Source of the DNA: Octopus sinensis
Lineage: Eukaryota
Direction: 5' to 3'
DNA length: 64,000 bases
Assembly: GCF_006345805.1 (NCBI RefSeq)
Contig: NC_042999.1
Location: 35,030,001 to 35,094,000 of the forward strand
Below are positions 1 through 14,511 of the stretch, piece after piece (the first letter of the stretch is position 1; each line of letters starts with the position of its first letter). The position numbers were made by a program, and so were the translations under genes. The notes under the pieces were generated by a model. The model worked only from the letters and a program-made list of their open reading frames with translations, was not told the DNA's origin and made no database searches.

Positions 1-760
1 GGAAGAGGACTGATTGGATGCGAACACAGCATTAGAGCAGAAGAAAACAACATAGTATGGTATGTAAAAAATGCCACAGAACCATTATTATTGGAACTAA
101 AATCAGGCTTGTGTAGGATGGATGATTGCAACGATAAAGCACTGTACATAGGTGGATAAAGAAAAGAATGCATGCACAATTTCATAGGGATGTTGCAGAT
201 GAGATAGACAAAGAAAAATTATTCCTATGGATGACTAAGAAACAGAGGCTCTAATCTGTGCTGTCCAAGAGCAAGCACTAAGAACGAATAAAATACAGTT
301 TAGATAACACATCAGAAAGTGTTAAGTGTAGAATCTGTGGACAAATTGGTGAAGCCGTATGGTATATTACCAGCCAATGTACGCCACTAGCCCAGCAAGC
401 ATATACGAGACGTCATGACAGTATAGCAACGATTGTCCATTGGACACTTTACAACAAGGATGGACTTGACAGAGCAAAAACGTGGTACGGACATAAACCC
501 GAAGGTATCATAGAAAATAAAAATGCAAAGATCTTATGGGATTTTATGCTTCAGGAAACCATACATTGTGTTAATTGAGAAAGAAAACAATTGATGCTGG
601 TTCATAGATATAGCATACCCAACTGACAACAAGATATGCGATAAGGAAGAAATAGATATCGACAGATATGACAGGTTAGCTTGGGAAGTTAAGCAGTTGT
701 GGTTGATGAAAAAAGTAGTAGTGCCAATACTACTCAGTAGCCCTGAGAATAGTGAATAAA
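1..760 (+). mobile_element. Degraded 3' part of an R4/Dong-clade non-LTR retrotransposon (post-RT region, CCHC knuckle, RLE)
   Basis: Hand translation gives GRGLIGCEHSIRAEEN, LICAVQEQALRTN, KCRICGQIGEAVWYITSQC, RRHDSIATIVHW and FIDIAYPTD, with frameshifts. The motif order matches the element at 2843-6548. Confidence 0.85.
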
Positions 761-764
761 AGGC

Positions 765-2790
<2,026 letters not shown>

Positions 2791-2794
2791 TAAC

Positions 2795-2842
<48 letters not shown>
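2791..2842. repeat. (TAA)n microsatellite (target between two Dong elements)
   Basis: Direct reading. Confidence 0.98.
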
Positions 2843-2843
<1 letters not shown>

Positions 2844-5800
2844 GTCACTTGAACGGGAAATCCCCCAACTCGAGCCCTCCAAGTTCACCACCACAATCAC
2901 CACAGAAAGAAAAATGTAAGCGGAACAAATGGACCCGAGAAGAGTATAAAGAAGTAATATACGCTTATTACTATGCATTAGGTAGGCCATCTCAAGAGAG
3001 ACACACCGCAAACTCTTACAGTATATGGAGAACACGGAATCAAGACAGTAGGCCCTATTTGGACGAGAACAAATTAGCAAATGTGAGGAGGGATATCTTT
3101 AGAAATAACAGACTCACAGACAGTGAAATAAGCGCGATCAAGCACGCAACGGAAAATGACATAAATATAAGACACAAAGGAAATGAAGAATCAGATGAAC
3201 AGTATAGCCCGCCACGAGGCTTAATTGAAAGACTGCCATCTGACCAAAGTACGCAAAGTCCTGAAGAAATTCTATTGTACCTGTTAAAGATAGCCAGGAA
3301 AACGAAAGAACAACAGTAACTGAAGATCTCGCATTTGCTGAAGAACACAGAGAGTCTATAGCAGAAATGAGGCAGAAAATCCTGAATACGCTTGAAGTTG
3401 TAAGACATACAAGTATGAATGATAGAGAACCGCTTCATAAACTCTCAAATACAAACCAAAATAAAAAAACAAATCCAATTGGCAACTATGTAACAAATGA
3501 AATAATACGAGAATTAAACCTGATTTTACTGAGTTAAATGAAATTATTTACGCTTCTGCTAGGGCAATTGAAACCAGCTGTATGCCCCCGAAAAAACAAA
3601 GAAAACAAAACCTGGGAAGAAATCAAACCTGGAGAAGTAAAATTGAAAAAGAGATTGAATTTATGAGAGGGGAAATATCATATTAAATGAACTAATATGT
3701 GGAAATGATGTAAGATCCAGAACAGGAAGAAAGATGAAGAGAAAATTTGGATCCTCACCAAGAGAAGAACTGATATCAATAAAAGAAACGCTGAAACAAA
3801 AAGTCCAAGCAAAAGCCCAAAGAATACGAAGATTTGAGAAGAGAAACAAGTTTTACAAGCAAAATAAGCTGTTCACATCCAATGCCAAAAAATTCTACAG
3901 AGAAATAGGGAAGGAGAAAGTAACCGTTAAAGACCCCCCTCTCATGGAAGAAGTTCAAAACTTTTGGAAAAGGATTTGGAGTGACAAGAAGACGTACAAC
4001 ATAAATGCAGACTGGATTATACAAACTGAAGGATCCTACCAAATACAACAACAAGCATGGGAAGACATCACAATAGCAGACCTAAGAAAGGCACTCACGA
4101 AGGCCCATAACTGGAAATCCCCCGGTAAAGATAGGGTGCCGAATTTCTGGCTCGCATCGCTCCCGTGCGCACACGGTAAGCTAGTTCAGCTGCTCAATGG
4201 AATTATGAGAGACCCAAAGAAAACACCTGAATGGTTAGCAAGTGGCATTACTTACCTACTCCCAAAGAATAACGAAACCAACCTTCCAAAAAACTATCGG
4301 CCTATAACCTGTCTATCCACCACGTATAAAGTCCTAACATCTATCCTGGCGGAGAAAACATATGCATTCATGGAGAAGAACGATATTTTCCCCATTGAAC
4401 AAAAAGGGTGCCGCCGAGGCTCTTACGGATGCAAAGATCAACTGCTAATCAATCGTATGATCCTTGAGAACTGTCACAACAAGCGCAGAAATCTCAGCAC
4501 CGCATGGATTGACTATAAAAAGGCCTTCGACAGTATACCGCATCCATGGATCTTGAGATCACTGGACATCTTCAAAATTTCCCCTGTGATTTCAAACTTC
4601 CTGAAGCACAATAAGTCGTTGTGGAATACGAATCTCCAATTATACCACTCTAATGGAGTACTTGCCTCAGAAAATATAAACATCAACTGTGGAATTTTTC
4701 AAGGTGACTCACTTTCACCTTTAATATTCTGCATAGCCCTAATACCCCTTACAAGTGAATTAAACAGAACAGGGTATGGGTATAAAATTGCCAATAAAAA
4801 AATAAGCCATCTATTTTATATGGATGACTTAAAACTTTATGGTAAAGACAATAATGAACTTGAAGGCCTATTGCGCACCGTGAAAGCATTCAGCGATGAC
4901 ATCGGGATGGAGTTTGGACTTGAGAAGTGTGCCAAGGCCACTTTCCAGAAAGGGAAAGTGAAGACCACAAATTCAGTCGTGTTAGATGTTGACACAGTCA
5001 TAAGAGAGCTTGAGCAAGAACAAACATACAAATATTTAGGGATAAATGAAGGCTCTGGTATTCAGCATGCAAGCATGAAAGAGAAAATCAGGAAGGAATG
5101 TTATAGGAGAGTTCGTGCAGTCCTGAAATCTGAACTAAATGCACGTAACAAGGTGTTAGCTATAAATTCCCTAGCAGTTCCAGTTGTTACTTATAGCTAC
5201 AATGTGTTGAACTGGAATATGAGTGAAGTAAAGAATATAGATAGAAAAATACGCAAGCTGCTGAGTTGTAATAGGATGCACCACCAAAGGCAGACGTAGA
5301 TCGCCTTTACCTTCCCAGAGCCCAAGGAGGTCGAGGCCTGATCCAATTTGAACTAGCTTACAAAACAACCACAATTGGACTGGCCAAATATCTCGAAATA
5401 TCGAATGACTGGATGCTAAGCTCGTGGAAAATCACGAGAGACGAAAGAAGCTTCATTCTATCATCAAGGAAAGCAGAAAATTTGCTATTGATCTCGTGCA
5501 GGATACCCAAACTGAACAACCCGAGGGAAGTACGGCAACTATTGCTGCAAAGAAGGTGAAAATGATGGCAATGAAAAAAGCGCACGAGCAATTGGCTGAT
5601 AGGTGGGAGGAGAAACCTCTGCACGGCAAATATGTGACCGCAGCAAACAAGCTGATGTTGACCAGAAGCAAACCCATCAGTGGCTGCGGAGCTCAGGGCT
5701 AAAAGCAGAGAGCGAAGGTTTCATCCTGGCTGCTCAAGACCAAAGCCTATCAACCCGGAACTACCAGGCCAATGTGATGAAAAATGGAGCAGACCCAAAA

Positions 5801-6547
5801 TGCCGATTCTGCAACGACATGATTGAAACAGTGGACCACCTAATCTCTGGATGTAAAGTCTTAGCACCAGTGGAGTATAAATTAAGACATGACAGAGTTG
5901 GCCAATATCTCCACTGGCTAATAAGTCGGCATTACAATATCAAAACTGCCGACAAGTGGTATAATCACCACCCTGAGGCTGTAACTGAAGGAGAAAATGT
6001 AACCATTCTGTGGGACTTTCCAGTACATACAGACCGAACCATCAAGGCCAATAAACCAGATATTGTTGTGAAAGACCAAAACAATAAAGTTTGCTTATTG
6101 ATCGACATGAGCATCCCCTGTGATCATAATATCTCAGCGAAAGAGTTTGACAAGCTCAGAAAATATAAAGACCTACTCATTGAAATTGAGAAAATGTGGC
6201 ATCTCAAGGCGGTTACAATACCAGTGATCGTAGGAGCACTAGGAATGATCAAGAAGGGAACCGAAAATTATATGAGAATGATCCCTGGCTTACCATCCCT
6301 GCAAGAAGTGCAAAAGATTGTCTTAACTGGTACATCACACGTATTGAGAAGAGCATTGTCGATGTGAGAACTGTTGCTGCTCATGCATTTTAATTTAACT
6401 TTAAAAAAAAAAAAAATTTTTTTAAATGAACGAACTACTGAGTTTGGTTTAATGGCCTACCAATATACACTATGAGTTTCTTTGCCCTAGGAGTCGGGAA
6501 GACACTCGGCAAGAAATGGAAGAAAATTTGAAAGAAGAAAAAAAAAA

Positions 6548-6548
<1 letters not shown>
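2843..6548 (+). mobile_element. Near full-length R4/Dong-clade RLE non-LTR retrotransposon inserted in (TAA)n
   Basis: Single RT-RLE coding region and a ~180 bp 3' UTR, with (TAA)n on both sides. TAA-repeat targeting is the known Dong specificity. Confidence 0.95.
2849..6367 (+). CDS. R4/Dong polyprotein (N-terminal domain, reverse transcriptase, CCHC zinc knuckle, restriction-like endonuclease), split by about six frameshifts as assembled
   Basis: KRNKWTREE N-terminus. RT motifs KSPGKD, NYRPITCL, WIDYKKAFDSIPH, GIFQGDSLSP, FYMDDLKLY and YKYLG. Then CRFC-x7-H-x4-C, RHD, KPDIV, LIDMSIPCD and KYKDL. Confidence 0.92.
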
Positions 6549-6608
<60 letters not shown>

Positions 6609-6643
6609 TAATAATAATAATAATGATAATAATAATAATAATA
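6549..6643. repeat. (TAA)n microsatellite
   Basis: Direct reading. Confidence 0.98.
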
Positions 6644-6959
6644 CCAATGATTACGAAGGTACTTACAGTGCTACCAAGAAAATGAAATGATACTTACGAG
6701 AGAGATATTGGAAGTCAAAAGCGATAATATAGTATAAATATAATTTTTTTTAAATATGATGATAAAATTATAGTTTTAAAGAGAAGTATAAAATGAACTA
6801 AGAAAGATGCGAGTGATAAAGGTTTGAATTTGAAATCATTTAAGCCAGGGCAGAAATTGGGGAAATTGTGTAGCTAGCTGGGGATGGCTTGATAGTAGTT
6901 TATGGGAGGGGAAATTTTAAAATAAAGAGGTAAAAAAAAAAGAAGAGAAGAATGGGAGA

Positions 6960-7168
6960 AGAGAGATAGAGGCAGAGGAGGAGGAAGAGGAAGAGGAAGA
7001 GGAAGAGGAAGAGGAAGAGGAAGAGGAGGAGGAGGAGGAGGAAGAGGAAGAGGAAGAGGAGGAGGCGGAGAAGAAGAAGAAGAAGAAGAAGAAGAAGAAG
7101 AGAAGAAGAAGGAAGAAGAAGAAGAAGAGAAGAAGAAGAAGAAGAAGAAGAAGAAGAAGAAGAAGAAA
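6960..7168. repeat. Compound purine tract (GGA/GAGGAA/GAA)n
   Basis: Direct reading. Confidence 0.97.
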
Positions 7169-8127
7169 TGGAAATTAAGAGCTAAGATGAGAAAGTAAGA
7201 TAAGTAAGGATAATTCAGGTAAAAAATATTCACTGAGTTGGATAGAAGAGTGAGAAAAGAGAGGGTAGTAGTAGAGAGATTTTATAATGTTAATACAAAA
7301 ATCTGTAAGAATATATGCATATATATTCATCCCACAGAATAATTTTTGAAATTGAGAGTGAATAAGTAGTGGGGAGAAGGAGGTGCTTGAGTGATCAAGA
7401 GTCACTATTTAAGTTTAAAGGCAAGATGATCGGGGAGGAATTTCAGATCAAGTACGTCGATAGTGTCTGACGGATAAGTGTGGATCGAGTAGTAGTGTTG
7501 TTTACGGAAATAAGAAAGAATAGAAGAGATAGATGGCAAACACTAAGGTGGAAGAAAAACGGGAGCAGAATGTAGAAGAAGAATGAAAGAATAAAAACGA
7601 CACAAAATAAGGGGATTAACTAGAAATGTGCAGTGATAAGGGAAATATTAAGATAAGGAAAATAAAATATAGAAGGAGATTAGGTTCAAGAAGATGTAGG
7701 GGATGTTTTAGGACTAAGGAGATATATAAGGACACGTAGAAAATAAAAAGAAGGAATGGAAAATAGGTAGAATGCATTAGTGGGGCTTAAATGTACAGAT
7801 AAGCTACAGGGAGTGTAACGTAGGAGGACTTCTGAAAAGTAAAAAAACATTCGATGATATATAGGCTTTTGAGAGTTAAAAAATTTGAATATAAGTAAAT
7901 AACATGCTGGCATCAAGTTGCATAGGTTGCGTGGTTAATATAACAAGAACAGAGTGGGAGTAAATATAGATGTTATGTAAAAATTATGCTGTGCGCTAAA
8001 GGTTAGTATTTTTGGATCGTATTTAAGAATTGTAACGAAAATAGAGGGACAGTAGTGTTGGATGGGGTGTAGGTGAGGCATAAGAAATAACGAGATTATA
8101 TGTATATATATGTGTGTGTGTGTGTAT

Positions 8128-8316
8128 GAGTCGCCATGATAGATCGTTAGGCACTACACACATTTTTTCTCTCCTTGTTTTTTCTGTGTCCCTTTCTGTA
8201 GAAGAGCGTAGGATCGAAACGTAAACGACTTTTTTCTTTTCCTGACCGTTATACTAATACATCTGTTTCTTTTGTATACCATCTGCCTTCGTCTTTTTTT
8301 TTTTTTTTGTAACTCT

Positions 8317-8320
<4 letters not shown>
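8128..8320 (+). mobile_element. Short PLE pLTR-like repeat with a minimal hammerhead-like motif (8193-8226), ending at (TA)n
   Basis: Second copy at 14510-14677 (-). Consensus TTT CTGTAGA A GAGC-GTAG-GCTC GAAA CG TA AAAG. Confidence 0.6.
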
Positions 8321-8362
<42 letters not shown>

Positions 8363-8384
8363 TATATATATACATACATAAAAG

Positions 8385-8555
8385 TCAATCACCATTCTCC
8401 ATGTTACTACTAGTTTAACCTCAGGCAGAATCTCCGCCAGTTGGTTATCGGTGCGACTCTGCACCAATTATATACAATATATTGTGAGCAAATGGAGCGG
8501 ACCCCTACCACCCTCTAGCAGGTAACAGGATCTCGAGACTGACTCAGTTTTGAGC
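8385..8555 (-). mobile_element. 5'-truncated copy of the hammerhead-bearing element at 39786-40180
   Basis: The reverse complement aligns with 39930-40090 (shared CTGGCGGA..TCTGCCTG(A/G)GGTTAAACTAGTAGTAACAT and AATATATTGTATATAA-like blocks). Confidence 0.75.
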
Positions 8556-10202
8556 TATTTGGCCGATCCTCATTTCGATTATCTTTGGTTCTGTACGATT
8601 AGATGTGAGGCAGATGCAATTCTGAATATTCTTTTATTATATAGGTATAATTCATGGGAAAATGAAATAGATTAGTACTAGTCGTTGCTTTTCATCGATG
8701 GAGTGTTTGAAGTGTTGAGTTTAGAGATATGTGAATACGCTATAAACTTTTGAAGGTTTAAGAACGGGGAAGTATATTTTTACAATTCTCTTATTGAATA
8801 CCTTATGCGTTGGAGTGAGAAATATTCTTTGTGCAGGTAGAAGAACAATTTTGTTATTAGTAGGCCTATTTCTCAGTTTAATGGTAGGTTATACGGCTTA
8901 TACCACAATTTAATTTGTATGTTACTCTTTGTGTTTCTGATGTTGCATATTTGGAGTGGATTTTGTAATCCTCGATTTTACTCATTGGATCTACATTAAT
9001 GCGTCGTTAGAGTAGATGTAATGTTCCTTAAAGATCTCGCTCAATGAAAAGTTAGAGACTCTATGGCATATAGTCTAAACAAAGTTATCTAAAATGTTGC
9101 TGGGGTGATTAGAATTCCTTAGTATGTAGAACATATTTTCACTGGAAATATCTTAGAAGTTACTTTGGGACGTCAGATTACCATTTCTTATACGATAATC
9201 CGATAAATGTAATCTATGAACCCCGTGGCGGCCTATGTGTATGCATATGCGTTTGAACCTGAAAGATTAGGGGTTGCATAGTACACGTTAATTACATACA
9301 CATACATATGCGTACAGAAATACATACATACACATATACATACATCCCACCAAGGGATATATACATGGAACTTCTACTACAGAAGTCTAATGATTTCATC
9401 ACTCAGAACTCCTGATATCATTTATATTCTGTAAATCGGACTATTTTATATCTATATACATGAACATTTTTTTCTATTAAATGTATTTAATACTCTGTGT
9501 AAATCGACTTGCCTAACTTGTTTGTCATTACATTTACTCCCCTACCGGCTCAAGTTCAAATCTCTTGAGTACTTCGAAGTGTATTCTATATAGAGAACAC
9601 CTGTCTCTAACTTATAAACTATATGTGTGGTTGGGTGTATACGGTGTTACCTATGGTTTACTGATATTCTTTTATGCCCGTTATAAATGGTGCATTTGGT
9701 TATTTCAGTCAATCTAGCTACAAGCAGAAATCTGAAACTGATACATCTCATTATTATTAAAACTGAGCAAAATCTAGTTTATAAATCTAAAGATTTCCCT
9801 TCTTTATAAGAGGATTACTAATTCGATCCCGTTTCAAGCAATAACCAGATCACCATGCAAAATATATGGAATCCATAATGAATAAGTAATTGAATTATTT
9901 CGAACTAAACTATTATACTTATAAAGTTGGTATATTTCCAATATCAGCACGTCTGTATTCTATTCAATATGGATGTATTTCTAACTTTATATTATATAAA
10001 GCGAATACTATATCAAACGATGAAATTGAAAGCTTTCTCTGCAAGACTTCTAGCAATATTTAATTATTTATATAAATATGTTCCAAAATATATATTCAAA
10101 ATGTATTAAAGCAGATTTCGCAATTTCACCTTCCAACAATCACAACAATCATGGAACGAGGATGTTATTTAACTTCTGTCTTGAATTCAAATTTCACTAT
10201 TT

Positions 10203-10321
<119 letters not shown>

Positions 10322-10358
10322 TATACTTTATTTAAAAGCAGCAGAAATATAACAAAAG

Positions 10359-10396
10359 CTGTTACTCAGAGTTTCACATTCCCGTTCGTCGGACAG
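10359..10396 (-). ncRNA. Minimal type I hammerhead ribozyme motif, U4C core variant
   Basis: The minus strand reads CTGT CCGACGA ACG-GGAA-TGT GAAA CTC-T-GAG TA ACAG. Stems I, II and III all pair and the predicted site is GUA. Confidence 0.8.
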
Positions 10397-10509
10397 TATT
10401 GTTAAATAAATCATGTTGCTCTACCTCTGGTATTTCAGTATTCTTTTTCCACCTTGTTTCACATTTATGTGCTCACTCCGAAATATATATATATATGTAT
10501 GTGTGTGTG

Positions 10510-10730
10510 TGTTTGTGTGTCTGTATTTGTCCCCCTAGCATTGCTTGACAACCGATGCTGGTGTGTTTACGTCCCCGTCACTTAGCGGTTCGGCAAAAGA
10601 GACCGATAGAATAAGTACTGGGCTTACAAAAGAATAAGTCCCGGGGTTGAGTTGCTCGATTAAAGGCGGTGCTCCAGCATGGCCGCAGTCAAATGACTGA
10701 AACAAGTAAAAGAGTAAAGAGTAAAAGAGA
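10510..10730 (+). mobile_element. SINE family B, 3' half
   Basis: Matches the 3' half of the full copy at 56278-56725 and ends GACTGAAACAAGTAAAAGAG. Confidence 0.85.
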
Positions 10731-10795
10731 GTATGTATGTATGTATGTATGTATGTATGTATGTATGTATGTATGTATGTATGTATGTATGTACG

Positions 10796-11035
10796 TACAG
10801 TTTAGGGCAATCAGTAAGTTGTCATTATAGTACTCAGAGGTTCAAATGCCGGAGCGAAGAGCTACGATGCATTCTCGTCGGTTATTAATAGCAACAGACG
10901 CTATGAAATGCTGTTGCATAAAAAGGAAGTTACTCTAATACAATCCGCATTTTTACTATGTTCCTGCACAAGCTTTCAATATGTCTTAACATTTTTTTTA
11001 TTTTTATCTATATACTTTTTCATTTTTTTTACTTT
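10796..11035 (-). mobile_element. Hammerhead-bearing short element (motif at 10825-10887), left arm of an inverted pair
   Basis: The minus strand reads TAATAA CCGACGA GAATGC..GCATTT GAAC CTCTGAG TA CTATAA. Homologous to 11575-11661 and 11810-11990. Confidence 0.8.
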
Positions 11036-11039
11036 TTAA

Positions 11040-11397
11040 TTGTGTGATGTGTACGTGTGTGAGTATATGTATATGTATGTACATATTAAATTATATGTGT
11101 GCGTATGTATGTATATATGTATGTATATGAATGTAGGACTGTTTCCGGTGCATAAGTGGGACTTTCGTGCGCACGTCCTCTTCATTGATATGCATATGCT
11201 TGTATATGTACGGATGTAGGTGTGTGATAGGAGGATGTGTATGTATATATATATATATAATATATATATATATAATATATATATATACATATATGTGTGT
11301 GTACATGTGTACATATATGTATATACGTATATGCTGGAGTGTGAATGCATGCCCGTATGTGCATATATATATGTATATATATATGTGCATATATATA

Positions 11398-11462
<65 letters not shown>

Positions 11463-11570
11463 TATATATAATATATACATATATACGTATATTTACATGT
11501 ATAACTGTCTAAATATATATGTATGCAAGCAGACATCTATGTGTATATGAGGATGAAGTTGCGTGCACAT
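11040..11570. repeat. Degenerate (TA)/(TG) low-complexity tract
   Basis: Direct reading. Source of spurious YI/IY ORFs. Confidence 0.95.
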
Positions 11571-11574
11571 ATAC

Positions 11575-11660
11575 GTAGACGATGAGAATGCATTGTAGCT
11601 CTTAGTTCCAACATTTGAAACTCTGAGTACTATTATGACAACTTACTGATTATTCTAAAC

Positions 11661-11661
<1 letters not shown>
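11575..11661 (+). mobile_element. Truncated copy of the same hammerhead element (motif at 11575-11635)
   Basis: GTAG ACGATGA GAATGC..ACATTT GAAA CTCTGAG TA CTATTA. Confidence 0.75.
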
Positions 11662-11734
<73 letters not shown>

Positions 11735-11809
11735 GAATGAGTACGTGCATGTACATATACATGTTTGTGTGAGTGTGTACGTATGTAGCCGTTGTGAGAA
11801 AATGGTTGC

Positions 11810-11990
11810 GTGTATTTTTTTATATTTTATCGTTCTTTTATACCTATTACAGTAACTTCCCTTTTATTGAACGGTTTTTCATAGCGTCTATTCCCATTAA
11901 TAGCCGACAAGAATGCATCGTAGCTCCTCGCTCCGGCATTTGAAACTCTGAGTAAAATAATGTCAACTTACTGATTGTTCTAAACTATAC
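11810..11990 (+). mobile_element. Hammerhead element, right arm (motif at 11898-11960), ending at (TA)n
   Basis: TAATAG CCGACAA GAATGC..GCATTT GAAA CTCTGAG TA AAATAA. Inverted homolog of 10796-11035. Confidence 0.8.
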
Positions 11991-12097
11991 ATATATATAT
12001 ATAATCCTCTATTTAGCTAATATCGAGTTTTCATTCTTTCGTTGTCATATTTTATTATTATTATTATTATTATGATATATGAGTGTATATATGTGTG

Positions 12098-12512
12098 GGT
12101 GGCAAGCTGACAGAAGCGTTAGCACGCCGGGCGAAATGCTTAGCGGGTATTTTGTCTGGCTTTACGTTCTAAGTTCAAATTCCGCCGAGGTCGACTTGGC
12201 GTTTCATCCTTTCGGGGTCGATTAAATAAGTACCAGTTACGCACTGGGGTCGATATAATCGATTTAATCCGTTAGTCTGTCCTTGTTTCTCCTCTCTGTG
12301 TTTAGCCCCTTGTGGGTAGTAAAGAAATAGGTATGTCGTCTGACTTAACGTTCTGAGTTCAAATTCCGCCAAGGTCGACTTTACCTTTCATCCTTGCTGG
12401 GTCGATAAATTAAGTAGTAGTTACGCACTGGGGTCGATGTAATCGACTTGGTCCGTTTGTCTGTCCCTGTTTGTCCCCTCTGTGTTTAGCCCCTTGTGGG
12501 TAATAAAGAAAT
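12098..12512 (+). mobile_element. SINE family A, tandem dimer
   Basis: tRNA-like head followed by two consecutive body units. Confidence 0.9.
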
Positions 12513-12523
12513 ATATATGTGGG

Positions 12524-12560
<37 letters not shown>

Positions 12561-12849
12561 AAATATGATATAATATAAGATTTTCAGGATCCGAATGACT
12601 CAAGGTATTTAAAAACAAAAGACATCAAGGTAGAGTTGTGGATAATTCATGTGTGCACTAACATGTGTTCGGACTCACATGTACTTACTGAAGTAAATGC
12701 GAATTTGCCCCTCTTGTTATGCATGCATTCACAAGTATTGACCGAATACACAATGCATGCGCTAAGTCACACAGGAGAACACTCCGGCACGTATTCCAGA
12801 GTCAACTATAAGCTCAAGATCCAATGCAGCAAAGATTCCATATATATAA

Positions 12850-13562
12850 ACGTGTGTGTAGTATTAATTGATAATGGGAGATGGATTTCGTATTAGACTT
12901 TTATTAGGTACAATATATGTTTCGACTCATCAGTGTGGGTCTCGGATCTTTTCGGTTTGAACGGCAGTTTTTAACATAATTTCTAGGTAACTAAAAAAAT
13001 TTAAACTTCGTATACTGGTAGAATGTGTTTATAAAACATCTTTTTCTCTTGGCTTTATTGAGAAAATTCTATAGTTTGTAAGATATTGGTTGTTTTTTTC
13101 TTCAATTTCTGCAATTTTCAACCAATCGATGACGTCCATTGAGTTAAAAAGCATTCTGTGCCGTATCAATATGTCCCTCGTTTAAGAAACAGATTGGGTT
13201 TATTTATATTTGTGAAGAAAAAAAGATACCCTTCCCCCGCCCCTAACCCTAAAAGGGTCATAATTATGGGTGACAATTTCATATAACACCGCTAGAAAAA
13301 ACTACCGTTCAAACCGAAAAGATTCTAGGTCTCTTCAGGTACATTGATAAAGAAGTCTCACTAGATATCTTTTGTGACGGTTGACTTGTTGTTATATGCT
13401 CATCCAGTTCGATAAAGAATAAAAGTTAAAAAATATTGTAGAAAGGTAAAACATTCTAATATGAACTTGGAAAACATTCTTTCCAGTTAAGATAAAGTAA
13501 TGTAATCAGCTTTCGCTGTCGTAACTGCTTAGAGGGAGAAGAAAGTAGAAGGTGAAAGGAAA
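12850..13562 (-). mobile_element. Left arm of an inverted pair of pLTR-like elements, interrupted by a MITE
   Basis: The reverse complement matches 13916-14280 once 12944-13333 is removed. Confidence 0.85.
12944..13325. mobile_element. MITE with ~29-bp TIRs and an 8-bp TSD (Merlin-type)
   Basis: TIRs GGATCTTTTCGGTTTGAACGGCAGTTTTT and AAAAACTACCGTTCAAACCGAAAAGATTC. TSD TGGGTCTC / TAGGTCTC. The empty site is present once in the sister arm (GAGACCCA, 14191-14198). 5'-GG termini plus an 8-bp TSD fit Merlin. Confidence 0.85.
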
Positions 13563-13915
13563 ATTAACATTTACGTACGTATCTATATGCATATTTATAT
13601 ATGTTAGTGTATGTATGCGTATGTCTATATGCATACGTGTACATAAATATATGAGTTTTTGTTAGTGTATGTATGTGTATGTCTATATACATACGTGTAC
13701 ATAAATATTTGAGTTTTTGCATATATGTAAGTTCATATATGTATATGTATGTACGTATATGTATGTATATGTATACATATGTATGTATGAGTATGTGTGC
13801 ATGTAGACATATATATGTCTGTATGTATGTATATATGTAAGTGTATGTACGCACGTATGTAAATGTATGTGTGTGTGTATGCACGAACATGGTGATACTT
13901 GTTTACGCATTAATC

Positions 13916-14280
13916 TTCCTTTCACCTTCTGATTACGTCATTTTATATAAACTGGAACGAACATTCCAGTTTATTTGAATTTCTTCCTCTAAGCAGTTAC
14001 GACAGCGAAAGCTGATTACGTTATTTTATCTAAACTGGAACAAATGTTTTCCAAGTTCATATTTGTATGTTTTACGTGTTTACAATATTTTCTTTTACTT
14101 TTATCCATTCTCAAACTGGATGGTTATATAACAACAAGCCAGCCGACACAAAAAAATATCTAGTGATACTTCTTTATCAATGTACCTGAAGAGACCCAGA
14201 CTGATAAGTCGAAACATATATTGTACCTAATAACAGTCTAATACGAAATCCATTTCCTACTATCAATTAATACTAATGTC
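13916..14280 (+). mobile_element. Right arm of the inverted pair of pLTR-like elements
   Basis: Inverted homolog of 12850-13562, separated from it by a TA/TG-rich tract. Confidence 0.85.
14182..14226 (+). ncRNA. Type I hammerhead-like motif
   Basis: GTAC CTGAAGA GAC-12nt-GTC GAAA CATAT ATT GTAC. The core is canonical but stem III is weak (C.A mismatch). Confidence 0.6.
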
Positions 14281-14433
14281 TTAACTGCCACAGCGAATTT
14301 TCTGTAGTAAGTCCAACGGAAGTGTACTACAGCTACGGATGACAACATGTAGCCTAAACCGGTGTTCCACTCAACATTTAAACACACTAATCTAATTATA
14401 TGTATTTGTCTAAATTTTCTAATATATACTGTA

Positions 14434-14509
<76 letters not shown>

Positions 14510-14511
<2 letters not shown>

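Noticed and set aside
7200-8090. Strand-biased stretch, possibly an old LINE endonuclease on the minus strand (..LDLKFLPDHLA..)
   Set aside because: Only one weak motif; it cannot be supported without a profile search.
13241-13252. Telomere-like CCCTAA repeats
   Set aside because: Only two units, internal to a MITE.
14318-14366. Hammerhead-like remnants here (GCTAC..GTAGC TAAA CCGGT) and at ~17455-17500, 52157-52202, 60610 and 61550-61590
   Set aside because: Core nucleotides or stems are too degraded to call individually, although they may be older members of the same class.
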